Assembly: GCA_045646605.1 (NCBI GenBank)
Contig: JAZRLA010000008.1
Coordinates: 128,931 to 192,930, forward strand
Direction: 5' to 3'
Length of the DNA: 64,000 nt
Source of the DNA: Candidatus Enterousia sp.
Lineage (GTDB): Bacteria > Pseudomonadota > Alphaproteobacteria > Rs-D84
Shown piece by piece: positions 58,327 to 64,000 of this stretch (within the stretch, counting starts at the first letter, position 1; each line of letters opens with the position of its first letter). The position numbers and the translations under genes are program-made. The notes beneath the pieces are model-generated. The model did no database searches, was not told where the DNA came from, and was given only the letters and a program-made list of their open reading frames with translations.

Positions 58327-60162
58327 TTATATTTCATCTTTGCCGCGGGCAAGTTTTTTTCGTTTTCCGCTGTCTAATTCTTTCTTGCGCAGGCGGATTG
58401 TTGCCGGTGTGACTTCGACCAATTCATCGTCTTGGATATATGACAATGCTTCTTCCAATGACATTTTACGTGGCGGCGCAAGGAACAATTTTTCATCGGC
58501 CGTCACGCTGCGCACATTGGTAAGTTCTTTACCCTTTATCGGGTTCACTTCCAAATCGTTTTCTTTGCTGTGTTCGCCTATAATCATACCGGAATAAACC
58601 TCGGTCTGGGGGCCAACAAACAAAACACCACGCGGTTCAAGGTTATGCAACGCGTATGTCGCCGTCACGCCATTTTCCATTGAAACCAAAACGCCTGGAC
58701 GATATTGTACGATTGGTCCGCGATATGGACCGTATTTATCAAACACGCGATTCATAATTCCGGTGCCGCGCGTATCGGTTCTGAATTCCGAAAGGTAACC
58801 GATAAGTCCACGTGACGGTGCAGAAAATACAATGCGTGTTTTGCCACCGCCGGATGCCTTCATTTCGGTAATTGTTGCTTTGCGCTTTGTCATTTTTTCG
58901 ATAACAACACCGCTGAATTCATCATCGACATCAACAACGACTTCTTCGATTGGTTCTAACATTTCGCCGTTTTCGCCTGTGTGCATAACAACGCGCGGAC
59001 GCGATACCGAAAGTTCGAAACCTTCACGCCGCATTGTTTCAATAAGAATCCCCAGTTGCAATTCGCCACGGCCGGAAACTTCAAAAGATTCTTTGTTTTC
59101 GCTTTGTGTCACTTTCAGGGCGATATTCGTTTCGGCCTCTTTGAACAGGCGTTCACCAATCATACGTGATGTAAGTTTTTTACCACTTTTGCCCGCAAGT
59201 GGCGATGTGTTTACGAAAAATGTCATGGTAAGTGTTGGTGGGTCAATCGGCATTGCGGGAATTGGTTCGGTGACTTCTGGCGCGCACAGTGTGTCCGCCA
59301 CGGTTGCTTTGGTGAATCCGGCAACAACGACAATATCGCCGGCCGATGCGCTTTCGCGGGAAATTTTTTCAATTCCGCGATGTTCGATGATTTTTGTAAT
59401 TTTTGCGTTTTCGATAAATTCACCCTGCATATTAATTGCTTTGACGCTTTGTCCAACGCGCACGGTTCCCGATTCGATTTTACCAGTTAAAATGCGGCCG
59501 ACATAGGGGTCTGATTCAAGGGTTGTGGCCAGCATAGTAAATGGTGCATCCAATTGGCAACGTGAACCATTGCAATCGGGTGCCGGCACATGATCAACAA
59601 TCAGTTGGAACAGGGGTGTCAGGTCTTTATGTTCGTCCTTTAAATCGCGAACCGCCCAACCGTCGCGACCGACCGCATAAAGGTACGGAAAATCAAGTTG
59701 CGCATCGTCCGCACCCAATTTATCAAACAGGTCAAATGTTTCGGATAAAACCTCATCTGGACGGGCATCGCCACGGTCAACCTTGTTGATGCAAACAATA
59801 GGGCGCAGGCCAAGTTTTAATGCCTTGGACAACACAAATTTCGTTTGGGGCAGGGGGCCTTCGGCACTGTCGACAAGCAACACCACACCATCAACCATCG
59901 ACAAAATGCGTTCGACTTCGCCACCAAAATCCGCGTGGCCGGGGGTATCCACGATGTTTATCTTGTAATCGTGCCACAGAACAGATGTTGGCTTTGCGGA
60001 AATAGTAATGCCGCGTTCGCGTTCGATGTCGCCACTGTCCATGACGCGGTCTTCGACGCGTTCGTTTTCGCGGAAAGTTCCCGCCTGTTTCAACATATTG
60101 TCGACCAGGGTCGTTTTTCCGTGGTCAACGTGTGCAATAATCGCAATATTACGAATTTTCAT
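58327..60162 (-). CDS. typA: translational GTPase TypA/BipA
   Basis: IRNIAIIAHVDHGKTTLVD; DTPGHADF; NKVD. ~610 aa. Start trimmed to MKIRN. Confidence 0.9.
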   Translation of the reverse strand: MKIRNIAIIAHVDHGKTTLVDNMLKQAGTFRENERVEDRVMDSGDIERERGITISAKPTSVLWHDYKINIVDTPGHADFGGEVERILSMVDGVVLLVDSAEGPLPQTKFVLSKALKLGLRPIVCINKVDRGDARPDEVLSETFDLFDKLGADDAQLDFPYLYAVGRDGWAVRDLKDEHKDLTPLFQLIVDHVPAPDCNGSRCQLDAPFTMLATTLESDPYVGRILTGKIESGTVRVGQSVKAINMQGEFIENAKITKIIEHRGIEKISRESASAGDIVVVAGFTKATVADTLCAPEVTEPIPAMPIDPPTLTMTFFVNTSPLAGKSGKKLTSRMIGERLFKEAETNIALKVTQSENKESFEVSGRGELQLGILIETMRREGFELSVSRPRVVMHTGENGEMLEPIEEVVVDVDDEFSGVVIEKMTKRKATITEMKASGGGKTRIVFSAPSRGLIGYLSEFRTDTRGTGIMNRVFDKYGPYRGPIVQYRPGVLVSMENGVTATYALHNLEPRGVLFVGPQTEVYSGMIIGEHSKENDLEVNPIKGKELTNVRSVTADEKLFLAPPRKMSLEEALSYIQDDELVEVTPATIRLRKKELDSGKRKKLARGKDEI

Positions 60163-60313
60163 TTTCTTAGCCTTTTTTTGCCCTAAGAACACAGGGTACA
60201 CTATATTTTTGAATTTTCAACAATTTGTGGTGCGTTTTTTGTAAAATTGACATGTGCGAAATTTTGAGTATACTTTTGCAGAAAATACGTTTCACAGGGA
60301 AAAGGGGTCATTT

Positions 60314-60790
60314 ATGAAAGACAATTTTAAAAAAGATGTTTCTGAAAGTTTGAAAAGGTTACATTTTGTGTTGTTGAAAAAGGCGAAGTCGAAAAAATTA
60401 TCACCGTGGCAGTTTCAGAAATGTATGGAATATCTAAATTTTTTGCAAATTGTTGCGTCTAATGCTGGGGCGTATTGCAATCCGGAATATTTTGTTAGGA
60501 ATGTGCAAAAATTGGGGTTTGATGTGGCAACAGATTTTAATCTGCTTAATGTGGATGAATTTGCCGCCCAAAGTGTTTATGATATTATGGTTTGTCGGCG
60601 TGATTATATATTTTTGGGTGACGAAAAATTGCGAAAAACACGCAAATTTGGTCCTTGTAAATATGATTCGCGCCAGGATGCGATTGATGCCATGCGGTTG
60701 TTTAAGCGCGATTCGGTGCAAATGGCCGGTGGTATAATTCCGTGTATGGTGCGGAAAGTTTGGAATTCTGTGTGCGGTAAAAACAAATAA
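60314..60790 (+). CDS. hypothetical protein
   Basis: Start trimmed to MKDNFKK (RBS aaagggg). No recognisable domain. Confidence 0.45.
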   Translation: MKDNFKKDVSESLKRLHFVLLKKAKSKKLSPWQFQKCMEYLNFLQIVASNAGAYCNPEYFVRNVQKLGFDVATDFNLLNVDEFAAQSVYDIMVCRRDYIFLGDEKLRKTRKFGPCKYDSRQDAIDAMRLFKRDSVQMAGGIIPCMVRKVWNSVCGKNK

Positions 60791-60809
60791 AAACCGCCCG
60801 TTTGGGCGG
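60784..60809 (-). terminator. terminator after serS (ccgccc-gttt-gggcgg)
   Basis: Hairpin with a T-run on the minus strand. Confidence 0.55.
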
Positions 60810-60818
60810 TGTGAATTA

Positions 60819-62099
60819 TCAGTGTTTTCCGCCTATCTTTGTTCTTCCGCCCATTAATGGTTGCAGTTTTTTCGGGATATTCACCGAACCGTCGGCGTTT
60901 TGGTGGTTTTCGATTACCGGTACCAATGCGCGGGGCAGGGCGATTCCGGTGTTATTTAATGTTGCAACAAATTTTACTTCGCCGGTTGCGTTTTCGCGGT
61001 AGCGTGTATTTGTGCGGCGTGCCTGGAATTGTCCAATCGATGAACAAGACCCCAATTCCCGATATGCATTTTCCGATGGGAACCATGCCTCTACATCGTT
61101 CATTTTTACCTTGTTGAATCCCATGTCGCCGGTGCTGTTCGCAATTACGCGATACGGTAATTCCAAATCGCCAACGACTTCGCACAAATTGTTTAATAAA
61201 AATTCATGCATTTCATCGCTTTCTTCGGGACGACAGAAAATATATTGTTCCACTTTATCAAAGTGATGAAACCGGACCAGTCCGCGCGTGTCGCGGCCGG
61301 CGGCACCGGCCTCTTTACGGAAACATGTGGAAAAACCGGCATACTTTATTGGTAATTCGTTTTCGGTTAAAATGTCATCCGCGTGCAGAGAATTCAAAAT
61401 TATTTCCGCGGTGCCGGCCAAACAACGGTCTGTGTCGGCCAGCATGAAAACGTCGTCGTTCATAACCGATAAATCTGAACCCATAAAATGACCCGCATTG
61501 AATATGGTTTGTGGTTTTGTGACGGGTGGGCATTCGATATATTTGAAACCTTTACTAATCAATTTTTGAATGACGTATGTTTGTATCGCCAACGATAATT
61601 CCGCCAATTCGCCGCACAGGCAATATGTGCGTGTGCCACAAATGCCCGCTATTTTTTCCGGCATCCACCAACCATTCATATCCAATAATTCCCACTGGGG
61701 ACGCGGCGTAAAATCAAACGTGCGCGGGGTACCAACGCGGCGAACCTCTACATTTGCGGAATCGTCCGCGCCGACGGGTGCGTCGGTCGACGGAATTTGT
61801 GGAACGCGATGCAAAAGGTCGTTAAGTTTTTCTTCTTTTTCGGACAATTCTGCCAAATCGTTTGCAATCTCTTCACCTATTTGTTTCGATTTTGCAATCA
61901 GTGGAGCCTTGTCCGTTGCGGTTGGAATTTCGCGCGAAATCTTGTTTTTTTCGGCGGTTTTCGTTTGTGTAATTGTCTTTAATTCGCGAACGCGCACATC
62001 AAGTGATAAAATGTCATCAACAACATCCGGAAAGTTTTTTACGCGACATGCGTTTTTTACAACATCTGGGTTTTCACGAATAAATTTCATATCTAACAT
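60819..62099 (-). CDS. serS: serine--tRNA ligase
   Basis: MLDMKFIRENPD... N-terminal coiled coil. Class II motifs (FRKEAGAAGRDTRGL.R.HQF.KVE). Confidence 0.9.
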   Translation of the reverse strand: MLDMKFIRENPDVVKNACRVKNFPDVVDDILSLDVRVRELKTITQTKTAEKNKISREIPTATDKAPLIAKSKQIGEEIANDLAELSEKEEKLNDLLHRVPQIPSTDAPVGADDSANVEVRRVGTPRTFDFTPRPQWELLDMNGWWMPEKIAGICGTRTYCLCGELAELSLAIQTYVIQKLISKGFKYIECPPVTKPQTIFNAGHFMGSDLSVMNDDVFMLADTDRCLAGTAEIILNSLHADDILTENELPIKYAGFSTCFRKEAGAAGRDTRGLVRFHHFDKVEQYIFCRPEESDEMHEFLLNNLCEVVGDLELPYRVIANSTGDMGFNKVKMNDVEAWFPSENAYRELGSCSSIGQFQARRTNTRYRENATGEVKFVATLNNTGIALPRALVPVIENHQNADGSVNIPKKLQPLMGGRTKIGGKH

Positions 62100-62111
62100 T
62101 TTTTATCCTTT

Positions 62112-63017
62112 TTATTGTGCGTTTGCGTTAAGGTATGCAATTGCGTCCATTGCCGCGGTGCATCCCGTGCCGACCGCCGTCGCAATTTGCATTTTTATAT
62201 TTGAATGAACATCGCCGGCGACAAACATTCCACGTGGCAGATTTTCCGGTGCAATCCGCCCAAGGTCGTCGCGTTTGATGTCTTCGGTTAAATAATCGGT
62301 GTTCGCTTCATGTCCAATCGCAACAAAAATTCCATCACAAACAATTTGTTCATCGTTTGTTGTTGTCGCAACAAGCTCGCCACTTTCGGAATTTGGGCGT
62401 GCCGATATAGATTTTAATTCAGTATTAAATATGCATTCGATGTTTTGTTTTTCCGCAACGCGTTCGCGGATGATTGCTTCGGCCCGCGTGAATGATGCCT
62501 TGCGATAAACGATTTTTACAGTTTTTGCGATGTCCGCCAAATACAACGCGTCGTTTAATGCCGCATTTCCGCCGCCAATAACAAGCACCGTTTTGCCACT
62601 GTAAAAAAATCCATCACATGTTGCGCAGTATGAAACGCCACGACCAAAGAATTCGCGTGCACCCGCAATTTCAAGTTTGCGGGGTGATGCACCCGTTGCC
62701 AAAATAACGGCACGCGAATCGTATTTTTTTCCGTGTGTGTCGGTTAGTGTAAAAGTGTTGTTTTCGCCATTTTCAATGTGCGCGATGGTGTTCATTTCGA
62801 TTTTGGCACCGAAAGATTCCGCCTGGGTCTTCATAAATTGGATAAGGTCAAATCCAGACCCCCGGAATCCCGGATAATTTTCAAGTGTCGCGATTCCCGC
62901 GGTTTGACCACCAAGCGTGTCGCCACCCATGACAAGCGCATTTTTATTCGCGCGTCCGCAATACAGTGCCGCGGTTAATCCCGCCGGCCCAGAACCAAGT
63001 ATAATGACATCGTACAT
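62112..63017 (-). CDS. trxB: thioredoxin-disulfide reductase
   Basis: DVIILGSGPAG; redox CATCDG; GGGNAA. Confidence 0.9.
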   Translation of the reverse strand: MYDVIILGSGPAGLTAALYCGRANKNALVMGGDTLGGQTAGIATLENYPGFRGSGFDLIQFMKTQAESFGAKIEMNTIAHIENGENNTFTLTDTHGKKYDSRAVILATGASPRKLEIAGAREFFGRGVSYCATCDGFFYSGKTVLVIGGGNAALNDALYLADIAKTVKIVYRKASFTRAEAIIRERVAEKQNIECIFNTELKSISARPNSESGELVATTTNDEQIVCDGIFVAIGHEANTDYLTEDIKRDDLGRIAPENLPRGMFVAGDVHSNIKMQIATAVGTGCTAAMDAIAYLNANAQ

Positions 63018-63081
63018 GTAAAAAATCCTTTTTGTGCGTCATAACATAGCACAAAGCGGATAAATGTGCCATAAAAAATTC

Positions 63082-63576
63082 TTATTTGCCGAAATGTTTT
63101 TTTAGTGTTTGATATGCGGCGGAAATTTTTGCAAATTCGGCGCCATTCGAATCGGAACTTTTTGCCGTGTCTGGGTGATATTTTTTGGCGAGTGTGCGAT
63201 ATTTTGCGCCAATTTCGCGCCATGAAGCCGTGATTGGTAATTCAAGTGTTTTGAATGCCGCAACGATTGCTGAAGGCAACGATTTCTTTGGTGGCATTTT
63301 ATCAAAAGTTGAACGGCCGGTTATAAAATCATTAAGGAATTTTATGTAATCGGCGCTGTCTTGCTTTGAACGATTGCCGATTGGTGTGCCAAATGTTTGG
63401 CGTTCCCAATCTTCTTCGATTTCATCGGCGGACATATTCGCGTAATAGTTCCAATTTTTGTTATATTCGGCGGCGTGTTCGCGGCAAAAAGACCAATATT
63501 CTTTTAGGTCGCGTGTCTTTGGTGCGCGACAAGTACCGGCGCGTGTGCAACCGGGAAAATCACATTTTTTAATCAT
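63082..63576 (-). CDS. J-domain protein with N-terminal Cys cluster (C-terminal DnaJ domain)
   Basis: ...AKYRTLAKKYHPD (HPD motif). N-terminal CDFPGC..C. Confidence 0.55.
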   Translation of the reverse strand: MIKKCDFPGCTRAGTCRAPKTRDLKEYWSFCREHAAEYNKNWNYYANMSADEIEEDWERQTFGTPIGNRSKQDSADYIKFLNDFITGRSTFDKMPPKKSLPSAIVAAFKTLELPITASWREIGAKYRTLAKKYHPDTAKSSDSNGAEFAKISAAYQTLKKHFGK

Positions 63577-64000
63577 TGGTTGTGTGTCCTTTGGTTTTCG
63601 AAAGAGGGTGATGTTCGGCGACAACCTGTTGCAACTTTTCCGGCAAAACATGCGTATATATTTGTGTCGTTGATATATCTTCGTGCCCAAGCATTGTTTG
63701 AATTGCGCGCAAATTTGCACCGTGTGACAATAGATGCGATGCAAACGAGTGTCGCAAAACATGCGGACCAACACGCGATGGTGAAATTCCGGCAAGTGTT
63801 GCGCATTTTTTTAACAGTTTGAAAAATCCGTCGCGTGTGATATGGCCCGATGCGCCACGGGATGGAAAAACATATTTTGATTCATCCGCATCACGCATCC
63901 GCAACCATCGGGTAAGCGCCGTTTGTGCTTCGGCATGCATGGGGACAATACGTTCCTTGGAACCTTTGCCGTGTATCAACAGGCGGTCGCCGAGTATCGC
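63569..64000 (-). CDS. xerD: tyrosine recombinase XerC/XerD-like, C-terminal part (5' end beyond window)
   Basis: LRHSFASHLL; GHEDISTTQIYTHV (catalytic Tyr region). Confidence 0.7.
   Translation of the reverse strand, partial: AILGDRLLIHGKGSKERIVPMHAEAQTALTRWLRMRDADESKYVFPSRGASGHITRDGFFKLLKKCATLAGISPSRVGPHVLRHSFASHLLSHGANLRAIQTMLGHEDISTTQIYTHVLPEKLQQVVAEHHPLSKTKGHTTND

Noticed and set aside
1-64000. CRISPR array search
   Set aside because: No regularly spaced short direct repeats were found anywhere. The repeats present are long (57-350 bp) and irregular.
63569-64000. XerD-like recombinase as the island integrase
   Set aside because: It is 48 kb from the tRNA-Gln island. The catalytic-domain pattern and context (next to trxB) fit a chromosome-dimer-resolution Xer protein.

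Overview
This is a gene-dense bacterial chromosomal window of about 40% GC. The housekeeping genes and their arrangement look alphaproteobacterial: ftsQ, lolC/lolD, pyrG, pyk, def-fmt-truA, rsmI divergent from an LpoA-like lipoprotein, engB, an AddB-like nuclease, xth, mnmE, ruvA, yebC, ruvC, mltA, secB, recA, typA, serS, trxB and a GapR-like DUF2312 protein. Several secreted or effector-like unknown proteins suggest a host-associated lineage, but that is inference.

The main accessory feature is an integration hotspot at a tRNA-Gln(UUG) gene on the minus strand at 15658-15731. An exact 16-nt copy of the tRNA 3' end sits at 9274-9289, and a 17-nt near-copy at 13521-13537. Between these lie cargo genes: a CI-like HTH regulator with an upstream palindrome, a LysR regulator, a protein-kinase-fold effector-like protein, a 385-aa protein with two internal ~66-aa repeats, and an AT-rich two-gene lipoprotein cassette. 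No integrase is present.

Inside this island, two tandem cassettes each start with a conserved 220-350-bp structured leader ('ctctctggaatgcgcacg...') and end with a conserved terminal motif ('tttcgcccacacaccacaaccacat'), which also occurs inverted at the leader ends. This looks like a modular cassette array of unknown mechanism and is the most novel-looking structure in the window.

Upstream of the island, an outer-membrane beta-barrel gene is flanked by 124-bp direct repeats that duplicate the 5' end and promoter region of a tadA-like deaminase.

Other accessory content:
- a marR-tolC-short adaptor-RND efflux operon;
- a ~120-bp multi-hairpin repeat family with copies at 22933-23050 and 50228-50357;
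- tandem paralogous small secreted proteins;
- a shared 6-Cys C-terminal module in two unrelated secreted proteins;
- a tail-fibre-like secreted protein;
- a polysaccharide cluster with a Stealth-family phosphotransferase and three or four glycosyltransferases.

No CRISPR array, rRNA or integrase gene was found, apart from a partial xerC/D-like recombinase at the window end. All functional calls are from motif recognition by eye. No database searches were run.
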